This document shows, in pieces, positions 1 to 15,472 of a stretch of 64,000 bases of DNA. The stretch is from the human T2T-CHM13v2.0 reference genome, Homo sapiens. The stretch lies in NCBI RefSeq assembly GCF_009914755.1, contig NC_060930.1; one strand, written 5' to 3'. Both the position numbers and the translations under genes were made by a program. Under the pieces are notes generated by a model. The model made no database searches. It was not told the origin of the DNA and was given only the letters and a program-made list of their open reading frames with translations. Numbering within the stretch: position 1 is the stretch's first letter; the number at the start of each line of letters is the position of its first letter.

Positions 1-669
1 TGAACCAACCTAATAATATTCTTGATCCACAAGGATTTCAACAACTAATTCCTTGGTACTAAAGAAGCAGAAAAGAATTAAAACATAACAAAGATAGCAT
101 TTAATACCAAGTGTCCTTTTAAAAAAATCTAGTATTTACTCAACAGATTTGAATAAATGAACTAATCAGTAGTTGTACCTACTCACTTATTACTCCTATA
201 GTAGACACTATAGAGAATGTACAGGGAGTGTACTACTGGGTTGGAGGAACAAAATTAGCCTAACTGAAATAACAGTGCACAGTTTTGTACTAATGCTGTG
301 ATGCAGATCACAAGTATAGGTGGCATTCAGAAGAAAATATAAAAAGTTTTGGAGGCTTCAGGGAGAATAAGGATACATTTTATTTTACTCCTAGTGGATG
401 CTCAATAAGTATTTAGTTACTACTGCATTATACGGTATAAATGTTTATTTATTGCTGAATGACTAAGTGAAATCAGTCTTAAAATTTGCTCTAAAGATGG
501 GCAAGATTTTGGATTGACGACATAAAATAGGGCTTTTGAGATAAAGGAAATAAATGAAGACGCTGATACAACATAGAGGTTATAATAACCATATCAAGAA
601 TTTTAGTTTTAATGCTATCAGGACCACTGGAGGAATATTTTGCTTACAGAAGATAAAATTTAAAATGAG

Positions 670-935
670 AAATTGTGTGTCTTCAAATATCTGAAAGCGA
701 GGGAGGCTTTCACTAGAAACTCTATGACTTTCCAGAAAGCAGAATTATGCCCCAAGAGCAGATGCCAACACTACACTTTCATGCAAACTGAAATTATATC
801 CCTTGCCAGTAAATTTTTTTCATCACTTTTGGTTTTTACTCAAAGGATTAACTTGGTGAGAATGTTATAGAAGACTTTCAAGCATAAAATAAGGCATTGC
901 ACTAGGAGATCTTCAAAGTTTGTTCCAACTCTTAT
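670..935 (+). mobile_element. Possible ancient L3/CR1 (or MIR3) 3' fragment
   Basis: TCTTCAAATATCTGAAAG and CTAGGAGATCTTCAAAGTTTGTTCCAACTCT resemble the CR1/MIR3 3' end; highly diverged. Confidence 0.35.
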
Positions 936-1049
936 AGTTTAAGCAGCAAATATTAGAATTTGTTTGGGTTCACGTGGCTAAGTTTGGACCAAAAAAATAA
1001 AAAAATAAAAGAACCCAGAAGGCTTCTGCTTAGCTTAGCATATTAATAA

Positions 1050-1775
1050 TTAAAAGGCAGAGTTTCTCACATTGGAATAAAAAGCACAACCCAACTAAAT
1101 TCTGCCTATAAAAAACAAATTTGAAAGAGAAAGACACAAATAGATTCAATGCAATACCACCACTTTGGAAAATCCTCTGGCAGTTTCTTTAAAAACTTAA
1201 AAATACACCTACCATATGATCCAGCCATTCCACTACAAGATATTTATCCAAGAAAAATTGAAAGCATATGTCTGTACAAAAACTTGTGCATGAATGTACA
1301 TGCAAATTGTATTTGTAATAACCAAAACCTGGAAACAAGCCAATATCCATCAAGAGATGAATACATGAGTAAACTATGGTATAGCGATACAATGGAATAC
1401 TGCTCAGTAATAAAAAGGAATGAACTGTTGATACATGTGATAAGGGATGAACTCAACATAATTATGGTAAGTGGAAAAAGTCTATAACACAAAGATGTGA
1501 GCATATTGTAAAATTTTATTTATATAAAGTTCTAGAAAATGCAAACTAGACTTTAGTGAAAGAAAGTCAATAGTTGTCAACGGGTGGGTGTGGTGTAGTG
1601 AATGCAGATGGGAATGGGCAGGAGGGAGAAATGACAAAGGAGAATGATGAAAGTTGGGGTGACGCATATGTTCATTATCTTAATTGTGGCACTAATTTCA
1701 TGGACATGTAAGTACATATATCAAATTGTATGCTTTAATATGTGCAGTTTGGCATACCATTGTGATTTTAAAAAG
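1050..1775 (+). mobile_element. Old L1M (L1MC/MD/ME-type) fragment: ORF2 3' end and 3'UTR, preceded by a short EN-like piece
   Basis: ORF 1149-1487 reads as a degenerate ORF2 C-terminus (HLPYDPAIPL..IYP, LWYSDTMEYCSVIKRNEL), followed by an L1M-type 3'UTR. Confidence 0.85.
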
Positions 1776-2454
1776 TCAAGAAGTTACAAAGTAGCCATAT
1801 AAGAATGTAATTTCAGAATTTATTCATAAATGTTTTCTTTCAAGAGATGTAAGATAGGACAGGATGTGTAGAGTAGAAGAGTGACCTTACACTTGATAGG
1901 AGACTCTCAAAAATGATTGTTGGATAAAGGCTACTTGGACTACCACCAGAAACTATCTGCATGATCAACAGACACTGTGCTAGATATGCTCGCTGAGCCA
2001 AAGGATCCAAAGCTGGCTTAATAGGTATAACCCATCTTCCTCCTTTTAACCGTCAGCAGTCCAAGAATCTAGTGCTTTTTCATTGACATTTTCAAAATCC
2101 ACCCACGTGGCTTAATGACTTAGTTTTCTGGGGGCGCGGGGGAGGGGGGAAGCTTGTGTTAAGCTTTAAGCTTTCTGGAATTCTGTAAGGATTTTTTTAG
2201 TAGCAAAAAATGTCGGCAACAATGCATCCTGTGTTAATGTGAATTAGCAGAGGGTGATTAGCTTCCCTTTTCCATTGAGTTCTGCTCTCACTTCTGCAGG
2301 GTGAAGAGAAGTAGCACAAAGGGAGCTAAGAAAATGGGTGCCAATGGATGCCATCTAATCAAGAGATTCCTGCCATCAATATTTAAGGCAGAGCAGACAA
2401 CTACTACCAGATGGTACCAACCACTGTAGAGAACAAGACACAGTTGGAACATTA

Positions 2455-2837
<383 letters not shown>

Positions 2838-5054
2838 TTATATAATGATAATAATGACAATGATGTACTGTGCATTTTATGCATTAAATTTCTTGGGCCC
2901 CATTTCTGCCAATATAGGTAGGTTTACTGTACTTTGGCATAAATTGTATCATGTATGTATGCCTGTAAATGGGCTATAAACCTCACCTTAGAATTTTTTC
3001 TTCTTTTTTTTCTTTCATTTGAAATATCTTTATTAGGAATCAACACTATAGAGGGGACAGCTTATACTTTGTATAGTTATCAAAATATGTACAAAGGGCT
3101 AATTAATTGGCATAAAATCGGTAAAATAATAATTTTCCATGAAGTTTACAGCAAAGAACTTTTTGGATACCACTGCCCTTACAGGCAAGCCCCAAAGCCA
3201 GATACCTTTACTGTCACCTTTGAAGTCTCGAGATAGCTTATTCTTATTATCCCTTCCTTGGGTTCTGTCCCCAGTCTGATTGTTGCCTCATCCCCTGTCA
3301 GAATATCATCATATATGCCTAGGGCAAACTTTTCACTCAGGGTGCTCTCAGAGGCATTTTTGTGGCTGCCGGCTAATGAAACAGTGGTACTTTTAGCAGA
3401 ATTTGGAGGTAAGCTTGCCTTGGTCATAACTAACCAATTGTAATCAAGTTTTGGAGGGGATCTGTAGCCCCCTATTTGCCTCTGATCATGGTGGTTTAGC
3501 ATACAAGATATTTCCTAAATGAACCCGATCGCTGTTGCCTGCGCATATTGCCATTGGTCAGTTAGCAGCACTTTGTTAATAGACCAGATTAGAATTTGCA
3601 GTCCACTCCCATAAGTGCTAGTATACTTCTTGGGCCTTCTTCAAATATTGCTCTCTGTTTTCATGCATCTTCTTAGGTTGCTCTGTTTGATGCTTTTGGT
3701 AAGAATTGTTTAATTTGGGCTTTATTATTCTGTCCTCTTTGAGCAATTTATTGTATTAGTTTAGGGCCACTGGAGGCACCTGATCCTCCCCTAGTTGATT
3801 TATGAGGTCCTTAGATATTGTACACTTGGATAATGCTTCAGAAGTAATTAAGCAAAATGTGGCTTTGGCAGTTGGAGGTAATCAATTCTCAAAAATGATA
3901 AAGTGCTTATAATGTACAGTTGATGATAGATGCTTGACTGGGTGGCCTAGAGAAACAATCACCCATCAGCTCTTCTGCTCACTCATTAAATCGCCCCATC
4001 AGGCCTTAGAAATATTTAAGCTAAGTGAGAACTCTACTCGTTCCATCTTGTAAATTGGTCAGAAGCTGTGGCATGGTGAATTCACTTCTCATGCTTAACA
4101 AGGAAAGCAAGCACAAGTCTTTCCTCTGTAGTTCATTGATTCAATAAGTAAATATTCAGTGCCTACCATGTGCCACGCACTATTCTTTGGGAATACAGCC
4201 GTGAACCATGGAGTCAAAAGTCCCTCTTGGGATTTGCATTCTGGATGGAAAAAAGACAACACCATAATAAGTACAATATTAGTATGTAGATATATATTAA
4301 GAAGGAAAAACAAAAGCAGGGAAGATTGAAACCTCAATGAGGGAGTTTCTGTTTTTCACTAGGGGCCAGGGAGGACCTCACTATGAAGATGACTTGGGAG
4401 CAAAGACCTTTGTGTTTTGGGAATTGTCGAGTAAAGCAATGTTTACTACCCTCGGAGATGGGCATTCCCCCAGGTGTGCTTCCATGTCCCCAAGTGGAGC
4501 CTCCCTTTGTGCAGTAATCTACTGCCTGAGCCAAAAGCATAGGGGGACGTGATTTACTATATAGCCTGTCAACACTCTTGTCCTGGTTAGGGCTGAATTT
4601 TCTGGCTTACTTTCTACCTAGATCTGAAGCATCTGGCCATGCCTACCATAGGAAACAATTGAAAGAACAAAGGCAAACAAAACAAATTCGTTTCAAATGA
4701 CATCATGTGGCTTACAGAGAGAGAAAAATGTGTCTAGCATAGCCCTGTTAAATACTGATGTCTGCTGATTTAGGAAAAGCTCCTTGTAAGGAAAGATAGA
4801 ATAGAGATGATGAGACTTTGTTGGCTTTCCTTTATAAGTTGACACATGAGTAGGCGAAACATTAGTGGCTAAAAGATAAAACAATTATCCAGTTTTTAGA
4901 TAAACTTTGTAAATATTCATTTGCCTTTGGGTTTCACTAATTACTGTCCAACAAGAGAACCCAGGGTGATAAGTAATCAATAACACAACACACTTAAAAG
5001 CATTTTCTTCATTAGGTTGCATGTAACCTAATGAAGCGTACAGTTCTTACTCTG

Positions 5055-5099
5055 TTTTTTGGGTTTTTTGTTTGTTTGTTTGTTTTTGTTTTTGTTTTT
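5055..5099 (+). repeat. (TTTG)n / T-rich simple repeat
   Basis: Read directly from sequence. Confidence 0.85.
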
Positions 5100-5309
5100 A
5101 GTTTCCTCACCAAACTGCTAAAAATTTATCTCTGGCATTCATTTACTGGAATTTAGGGCAATTACCTGAGCATAGGTCAGATAATAACTTGTGTCTGTCC
5201 ATATTTAAATACAATAGATGTTACTTATCAGGCACCAAATAAAGTCAGTTTTCTATTATGCAAATTAACTATCAAACTTGTTTTAAAATATTTAACCTAG
5301 TACATTTAA

Positions 5310-5747
5310 TGTACTAGGGCTGCCATAGCAAAGTGCCAGAGATTGGGTGGCTTAAGACAGCTGAAATTTATCGTCCCACAGTTTAGGATTCTAGAAGTCT
5401 GAAATCAAGTTGCCAGCAGGGCCTTGCTCTCTCTCTCTGAAGGCTCCAGGGGAGGATCCCTTCTTGCTTTCTTGGTTGCTGGAAACCCTTGGCATTCTTT
5501 GGCTTAGAGATGCATCACTCTAATCTCCGCATGGACTGTCACATGGCATTCTCCCTATGTGTTCCGTTTGTCTTCTCTTTTATAAAGACACCAGTGATAT
5601 TGGACTAAGGTCCGCCCTAATCCCATAAAACTTCATTTGAACTACATCTGCAGAGACCCTATTTCCAAATAAGATCACATTCACAGGTGGGAGTGGTGGT
5701 TAGGACTTTGACATATCTTTTCTAGGAACATAGTTCAACCCATAACA
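5310..5747 (-). mobile_element. MLT1 (MLT1B/C-like) MaLR solo LTR
   Basis: TAGGGCTGCCATAGCAAAG...GGGTGGCTTAA...GAAGTCTGAAATCAAG, ending TTCAACCCATAACA (reverse complement of the LTR start). Confidence 0.85.
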
Positions 5748-6427
5748 ACTAATATCTTAGTGACTCCATTGCACGTCTTTAAACAGGTCAAATATTTTAA
5801 GCCACTCATGTATTGATATTCATAAAGATGATTCTTTACTTTGAAGTCCTTGGAATTTGAATAAAATCCACCTGTGCATCTTTGAACAGTAAAGATTTCA
5901 CTAGTTGCCAGCAAGAGCCTTAGGAGCTATCATTCCTCAGGCTGATCACATCCCCACATGCACTTTGGATGAATTGGAAAAGAAGTTGGTGGGCTAGATA
6001 CGAGAAGCTTGACCTAATACCTGCTTCTAATAGGAACACAAGAATTAAGAGGATGACAAGATAGCTTTCTTCCATAAAACTATGTTCTGTGTTTTGTTAG
6101 CTTGTTTTGTCAAAACCTTACTTATGACTTTTTTTCTATGAATGGATTCCATAGGAATATGTCATTTCAAAATGGAAAGAAAATGAATTATTTGAATCAG
6201 CTGAGTCATATTTTTCCATCTCCATATACAACAATAATGAAGAGATAACAGGAATACGTGGATAGTTGAACTGTAGAAAACATATGTATAGTGATGTAAA
6301 AGCTAAGATTTCCCTTGCCATAGTAGGCTCAACAGTTGCAAAAGGAAAGCAGAAATTAAGTCACTGGCCTTTCCCACTGACAGGATGAATCACATCTGTA
6401 GTGGGTCTTTCCAGCTCCAATGGTTAG

Positions 6428-6781
<354 letters not shown>

Positions 6782-9033
6782 CACTGTGATTATTTCTAAA
6801 AGTCACCTGGCGAGTCAGAACCTCAGCTTTCCCTCCATCACAGCCCAAGATACCTGCCCGCACTTACAGTCTAGGTTTCTAGGTAGAAAAGACAAACTCA
6901 TTTTCATTAGCTCTCAATTTGAACCTGATGCTCAGGGCCCAGGAACACTTTTTCTATTACCAGATTTCTTTAAAACCATCAAAAGGAAATGTAGGTTTCT
7001 GTTGGACTGGGAAGGATTTCTGCTGGTGCCTCCCTCGGGTCCACTTCCATACCCTGACTTTCCTTTCCAGGACCCATCCTTAAAGCCCAAGGGAAAATAT
7101 GCCAAAAGAAAGCCCAAGAAGTAGAATCTCTGAGGGGATGCCCCTCATGTGAACTTGGGACAGATATTCCTTTCTGGCTCTGTGACAGCAGCTGTTATTC
7201 TGTGACACTGAGGTGAGAGCAGCCCAGCTGAGCATAGCGCCTTGCACATAAATAGATACATTTTCATTCTTCCTGATGGACATGACAGCTCAGAAAGGGG
7301 GAGGTCCAGTTTTGGGCCAGAAAGTATCCTCACTAAGAATGTTCTGAGGCTGTCCTTTGGCCTTCTGAGTTTTTACCTTCCTTTATTTAAAAATTGAGCA
7401 GATAAGTCCATTCAAAGCCACCATACGCGATTGACAAATCAGATAAGAGATGGGATTTGTTTCTTGTTTAGTTTTTTTTTTAAATAGATAATTATTTTTA
7501 TGGTTATCTAAGTGCCCTGGAAATCAGGTTGAGTGTTGCAAGGAGGCCCTCATTGCCTTTCTCCCTCGAGAGTATGTTTCTAATGCCTGTCATCTGTGGT
7601 GGAAAACTTAACTCATGCTGCTGTTCCCTTACTGGACTTCAATACTGCCTGGAAATCCTATCCTTTGACAGTTTCTAAGCCAAAGCTCTCTAGAATTTAT
7701 CAGTTCTCTTGATTGAGTCTGGTTCTCCTTTATATATTTTATTTCTTGAGGCTTCTAAAACTGCGTGCCTACTACCAAGATGAAAAGACCCTGTAGGGGA
7801 TGTGGAGCTCCACGCACCCCCTCTGCTCTCTAGGATGGACCCTGGCAGCCTCCGGATATTTCACTTGCACCCCGGGAGCTGGGAGGGATTTTGAAAGGCC
7901 AGATGTGAGGGAAGAGCAGTTGCTTGTTATTTACAACTTATTTCCTGGTATCAAATAGTGTAACAAATTTACCCTAAAATAAGTATAGCATTTTTATGTT
8001 ATCAAATAGAGCTCACATGTGATAGTACATTACTATTAAACAGAATTTTGTGGTCAGCAAAATTCATAACTCCTTATTCTTGTCACTTCCAAGAATAGCC
8101 TCTTTAAGATCTCAAATGTGAAATTGTCTGATTTTGCATTTTAACCTAAATGTGATATATGTTCTCTAGAAAGGAGGTTTTTTTTTGTGGTCAGATTTTA
8201 GTCTGAGTCTAAAGAAAATTATCAATATAGAAACTGCCCATTGTACTGAATGTGTTTGACTATTAGTCTTAGCTTCCAAGAGTATTTCCAAAAGCACAAT
8301 AAATGTAGGCTGGGGAATCACAGCAAGGGGTACGGAGGAGGGAATGAGAGGTCACAGCAGGTTCCAACATATTTTTAAATGATTTCCCCTTACAAATTGA
8401 TCTTATTTACAAGGATTTGGAGGAAGAAATCATTCACTTGGCAGGATCCTTGTCATAGGTAAAGGGTCATAATTTCAGAAGCAATATTTCTTGACATACT
8501 GGAAAGTAAATTCAGAGACTGGGCATCTTTACAGTTTTGCTGCATTCTCCAAACTCACGTTGGGGACTTAGAGGTCTAAGTTTACACAGGCCCTCAGGAA
8601 TATCTTTTTAGAATTGAGTCACATTGGTAAAGAAAACTGGCAGGGGAGACTGGGCTACCCTCAAGGAAACCCCTCTCTGGTGTATTATAACTGTGCCCTG
8701 ATTTGTAAGATAAGACATAACTCTTCACCAACTAGAAATCATAACAAGTTTCAAAACACCTTCCTGCCTCTCATTATGATGTGAAGTTAAAAGATTTTGT
8801 TACCTACTATGAAAGCCACTGAAGCAAAAACTTAAGTAGAAGGTTGTTTATCAGATAGCTGTGAAATGGAGTTAAGGATTAAGCTGGGTAACATCTTCCC
8901 CGACCCCCTTTTCTCCCCTTTTGTCTCTTTTATGGCATTTTTTTTTTCAGGCAGACATTTATAGATAACATCCATGTCATCGTTTCAGATAGGACCCAAG
9001 GTCTGACCTTTCACGATGAACCTGACATCATAG

Positions 9034-9456
<423 letters not shown>

Positions 9457-10551
9457 GGAGAGGTTTGCCACCAAACAGCATAAACATCATCTTCACCTAT
9501 GTGTGTGGAGTAACTTGAATTTTCCCGCCCTAGAAAATGTTCTGTTTGTGTTTTATGCTGAGGGACCTGGCTAAAAATGTCGGTTTCACTGTTCGAGAAT
9601 TCTTAAGAGAAAGTGTCAGCCTCTAAGTGTACTTAAAGTGGATATAATTTGGTTTCACAAATCTTCTCCTGTTTTCCTTTAAAAATATTCTGAACATAAA
9701 GAAATGATTTGGTCAATAAATAAATGCAGTTGGTAAACCGACCATCTTGTGCTACGTCTCTGAGCGGTGCTCCACACAGTAACATCCCAGAAAGGTGTTA
9801 GAAATGAGATGTCCTTTACAGGCATCATTTGGGGGAGATCTTAGAATACCATATTAGCTTCATAGATGCCAGGAAGGAAAGGAGCAATGCCAGACCTTTT
9901 ACAAAACCTATTAAATCAGAGATCTGCAAAGGAATCTTGTGATAGACGAGAACCTACAGTCACTTTTATTTAATTAACTTATTTGTTGTGGTGTGTGAAT
10001 ATAAGCCTTCATGTTTTCAGTTTTTCAGGTTATATCATTTTTATAAAACAAGCTCAAAGGGTCCTAGAGAGAAAGATGGTTACTTTCTGAACCTTATGAT
10101 ATCCCACATATGTCTACTCATGATATGTGATGCCTCCTAATCATAAGGTCCTCTGTGCTAAGTATCATTGTCTGTGCCCTACAGCTGGTAGTGTATAGTA
10201 AATAAACACACACTTCCAGTTTAAAACATTCTGGAGCCAAAAAGTTGGAAATAGGCTTCACCTATGTAAGTGAAACCTGCAAGATTTGCAAGATTCTGCA
10301 AAAATTCTTCCAGAGCCTTTACTATGCTAATATGTATCAAAAACCTCCATTAGGGAAGTAAAATATATTGCTTCCCAAACTTATTTCACCTAACTTATTT
10401 CTTTTCTTCTGGGCATCTGTTGAGGCCAGTGTTCCATGAATCATATTCTTTCTTACTTTAGAGTGAACTGATGAGAATCAGTGGCAGGTATGTCAAGACT
10501 TATTCACACAGAGTGTTGGGTTTCACCATATATGATAGACACAGACTGTGA

Positions 10552-10655
10552 TGTGTGTGTGTGTGTATGTGTGTAGGTACATGTAGGTATATAAGTGTGT
10601 GTATATGTATGTACATGTAGGTATATAAGTGTGTGTGTGTGTGTGTGTGTGTGTC
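10552..10655 (+). repeat. Compound (TG)n/(TATG)n microsatellite
   Basis: Read directly from sequence. Confidence 0.9.
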
Positions 10656-13600
10656 ATAGAAAGAGGGAGAGAGATAGAGAGGGCAAAGAAAAGGGGAAAA
10701 AAAGGAAAGATGAATTGGCCCCGGATCAGGCCACCTGATTGTTTGAACCTAGGATTTATATAACAGCTGCATAGATGTAACACATTTGCAGGCTTTGCCT
10801 CTTTATTCCAATAGTAATTTAGCAGCTTCGCAATTCTAAGTATTGACATGTAATACATTTTGTGTGAATTAATGAATGCATGAATGAATGCCTCAAAGGT
10901 CCCCGTTGTTGTGATGCTTTCCTGACATTTTCTGAAATGGCTTTGAATAAGGGTTTTTCTTGGGGAGCCATGGATGCCAACTGAGGACGATTATTATGAA
11001 TATTTGCAAAGCTGAGCCTTCAATGTCCACTTCAGGGGTATTTTAAGGCAAAAAGAAAAAGAAAACTCTCTTTCATTTTGTTTTGCTGACACCTAATATG
11101 TTTTGAGTAAAAAATCCATTTTACACAGGTAAATAACTGGTTATTTGGAGCAGAAAATGCATTTATGCCAATTAATAACCTATTTAGGAAGAAAATATAT
11201 TTTCCAAAGCATATTTGAATAATAAGCACAATATAATAAATTTTAAAGCTTTTCCAACTGGCTTCTACTTCTGGTTTTTGATTAAAATACACACTTGAAA
11301 CTTTTATGTTTTTAATAGCACTGAATTAAAAGAATCAGGTTTTCATTTATACAATTATTTTTAACATTAATTTTTAAAATAATCATTGTATCTTAGTGAG
11401 CTGAAATTTTTTTTTTTCCCGATAAACTACTTCCAAGAATGCGGAAATACCAGGGTGTGTATCATACACCTCCAACCAGACATACACATAGACACATTTA
11501 TCTTGTTGATCAATTTATAACTTGTCCACTGCTGAGCAGAAATCTTAGGGAGTACATTAGAACTAGTTTCTTGAATTGCCATTGCTGAGGAGTTTGAAGC
11601 TTCATTACATGGGAAGGATACGTTTCCTTTGTGTTACACCAACAATACATGTGGTTTTGATGAGGAATAAGCATTCCCTCCAGGAAGACAGGTCAGATGC
11701 CAAGACTACTTAAAAGTGTTCGCAATGTAATGAAAAGTGGGACGGTAAAGATACTAAACTCTGGGAGGAAAGATCCTATTATATAATGGTGCATAGGAAA
11801 AAAATGAAAGTACGCCAAAATGCCAATAAGATTATCATTGGTTGATGGATTTATGGGCAGTTTTAATTATCCTCTGTATACTTTTCCTTATATTCCAAAT
11901 TTTTACAATGAGCTATGGTTACTCAGAAAACAAATGTTATGAAAAAATACTTAGCTCTCTCTTTTACCCACTCAATTTCACTACCCTCTTCCTGCAACCT
12001 GGTAAAATAGTCAGTAAACCCACTGTATATAACTAGAGGTATTTTATACTTCTGCATGGTGTAGATTCTGGCTAAAATCGTTTTAAAAGAATACCAAATA
12101 CATCGTAGACACAAAAAAAGAAAGAGAGAAGGGCACAGTAGCATTCTATCCATGTGATTCTGTTGGGCTTATTTCCTTTAAAAGCATATGACTTGAAATT
12201 TTGTTAATATATATTGTTCATACAGAGCTGTTAAAGAAGAAATTGAGTTATTTTCCAGTGTGAGAAAGTCTGTATGAGAAGGAAATTTACATGGACAAAA
12301 TGCTAAATAGCAACAATTTTATGAATGCTAAGATCCAAGCTAGGAAAAGGAAAATTTTCCGAATATTAATCTCTCTATCCAGATAAGAGTGAACTATAAT
12401 TTACAAACACACTGCTGTTGGCCTGATGACGGTAAAAACACTTTGCCAAATATTTCTTCCCTGTATATATGATATGTCTGGCCCGTGCTACTGTTATATA
12501 TCTAATTCACTCTTATTTACTTTCTCACAATTCTGGGACAATTAACCATACTGTAGCATACTTGGTCAAAAAGGTTTTTTTTTTTTTTTTTTTTACTTAA
12601 CACTGATAATGTTTTTATACTCTAAAATATGCCACCTGTGAATATATGGAGAGAGAAAGATATCTTCGGACTTGGTGAAAAATCAGAAAATTTCCTGTGA
12701 AACCTTGGTGGAAAGATTTTTTTTCTTAAGCTTTAGAAATAATATGTAAAATGCCTTTTAAAGAAGTTCGTGATAAGGGCAGTTCATTTGTGATGGGATG
12801 GAATGATTTCTATTTTTGAAAAGAAAAAAAATTAAGTCTTCCCCTGGCTGACCCTGCGTCTCCCCTCTCCCAACCACTTTATATCATGCGATGCAATCAG
12901 CCGAGGCCAAGGGGTCTCCTTTCTATTGCCTATTGATTTATTTTAATAGTGTCATAGAGATTACAGCTGTAGTGTGCACATTAAGTGGCTAAGGCCAAAG
13001 GAGGATTGGTCCTTCTAGTTGGCTTTTAAGTTTAGGTTTAAATGACCTCAGTATTGTACTTCCATCAGATTCACTAAGATTCAGCCCCAGGAGGTCAATG
13101 TCCCAAATAGTCAGCTTAAAAAATTGGTGGCTGAATATTCTGTGTCTTCCTTATTGCTAAAACAAACAAACAAACAAAACAATTCTATTCCCTCTGGGGT
13201 GTTCTCATCCTGAAAACAGAAGCCTAGAATAAGAATGTTTTAAAAAAGATTCTCCACTATTACCAATGTGTTTAATATTAAAAATTTACTTATCCTTATT
13301 GCATAATTCTTTATGTTGCAAGAGGGTTGGAGGGAATGTGAATTATATACTTTTTACAAGATGTTGACTGAAGCTAGAAATATCATTAGAAAACTTATTT
13401 TGGAACAGATTGATTTCCCTTTACAACTATTCAAAGCTGAAAGAATATGGAGCAGATGAAGGTAAATGTGCAGGGAAAATTCCTTTTACCAAAGCATGCT
13501 TGTGAGTTCTTTTAGATGGCTTCTTGGGTTATATAAATTTAGTTTGAGGTCATTATATGGATAATTTGTTACTAAGTAAAGTAGTTTGTCAGGTTACGAG

Positions 13601-14843
13601 ACATTAATCTTCCAATAGGTCTTTAATTAGGACAGATGCACTAAATAATTCATAGCAAGACTTGGCCTGGAAACATTTATAATACTCAATTATACCATTT
13701 TACAGGCAATGGCAAATTGTTTTTGTGTAGTCTGGAAATTGTGGGACTTAATTAATTACCTTCAATGTTTTAGACATCTGCTCTGCCCTCTTTTAAATGC
13801 ATTAAATTGGCAACTCATGAAATGTTAAAAATAGAGTTCAAATTCCCCAGATGGCAAAGGGTGAAGATCAACTATGACAGAAAAGAAAAAGCCACTCTGT
13901 GGTGTACTGGAAATATGAAACCAAATTACATATCCAGTAACATTTGGCTTAGAAGGCTCTCAAGTCTGTGACAGTTATTTTTAAAAGAATGAGAAATTTT
14001 CATGGTTTTAAAAAGCATTTAACTTGCCATTAAATACACTTCCTCCCTGGTTTCCTGAGATAGGCTGCAGTAAACAAACTGGGAAACCAGGCAGTGTGCA
14101 GATATAAAACACATATCAATCTCTGTCATGTAAACACCTCTGAGTGAAATTTATTTCTGCACAAATAACTTTGCCCCTATAAGTTGTACCAAAGACATGA
14201 CCAAAAATAAGTACTCTAGAAGTATTTGCAGAGGCATTTTCATATCATAGATCATAAATGATGGAAAGGGGAATTAAGAGCTTATTCCATTTGTAATTAG
14301 ATCACAGAAAACAGATGGTGATGGCTTTGCACTGGGTAGCAGGATGTGACCATTTAAGTAAACAAAAGGGAAACGGATGTTCGTTTCATTTTTCATCCTA
14401 GAAATTCCTCTGAGAAAGATTTTTCTGAGAAAGAAATTTCTCTGATTAAGAATAATATGTGAATCAGTTACAAAGGATCTAAACACATTCTGAAAGCTCT
14501 AAATGAGGCACGAGTGTGCAGATGAAGGGGTCCCCTCTGATTGTGATAGTCAGCTGATGCTGTGGCCCTTGGAGTCCAGATATCTGCAGCTTTCTGAAGG
14601 GCATTTCTCTCAAGGTTGTACAGTTTCTCCAGAGGGCTTGGGAGATGTTTTCTTCAAATGGGCATAGATTTCAGGTCCTGCCTCCAAAGCAGTTATGCTG
14701 GGTCAACATGTGGGCTCACGTGGAGGCAGAAGTGTTTCCTACTTGAGTAGCTCCTGAATGGAATGGGGGAAAATGGAATTGACTACCAACATGCTCAGTG
14801 AGTGGACAGGGCTTTGTGGCCAAGTCCCTTAGAGAATACACAT

Positions 14844-15472
14844 GAATGCTATCTAGCAGAAATCCAGTGCAAGCCACATATGGGATTTAAAGTTTTCTTG
14901 GAGTCACAATTTAAAAAGTAAAAAACAAACAGGTGCAATTAACTTCAATAACATGTATTTTATCATCTCCACTTGTAATCAATATAATTATTATTATTAT
15001 TATTACCTTGATACAGGGTCTCGCTCTTTTTCCCAAGCTGGAGTGTAGTGGTGCAATAAGGTTCATTGCAGCCTTGACTTCCCAGGCTCAAGGGATCTTC
15101 CCACTTCAGACTCCTGAGTAGTTGGGACCACAGGTGCTCACCACTACAACCAGCTAACTTTTTCTTTGTTGTTTGTTTGTTTTAGAGACTTAGAGACGGG
15201 GTCTCCTTGTATTGCACAAGCTGGTCTTGAACTCCTGGGCTCAAGTGATCCTCCCACCTCAGCCTCCCAAGTGTTGGGATTATAGATGTGAGCCACCACG
15301 CCCGGCCAATATAAGAATTATTAATGGGATTTTTTACATTCTTTTTTAAAATACTAAGTCAGCAAAATCTCATGTATATTTCACATGCATAGCACATCTC
15401 AAGGCTAATGAGCCACCTTTCAAGGGCTCCATAGCTCACTGTGGCTAGTGACTACCATACCGGACAGTGCAG
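14844..15472 (+). mobile_element. MER33 (hAT-Charlie) interrupted by an AluJ
   Basis: GCAAGCCACATA...AAAAAGTAAAAAACAAACAGGTG, and the terminus GTGGCTAGTGACTACCATACCGGACAGTGCAG; the two halves join across the Alu. Confidence 0.8.
14988..15307 (-). mobile_element. AluJ with (TAA)n-type tail, inside MER33
   Basis: ACTCCTGGGCTCAAGTGATCCTCCC J diagnostics; AATATAA on both sides (14981-14987, 15308-15314). Confidence 0.92.

Noticed and set aside
13341-13466. Exon-like stretch MLTEARNIIRKLILEQIDFPLQLFKAERIWSR ending near AAG|GTAAAT
   Set aside because: Weak acceptor, stop before the donor, and no recognisable homology.
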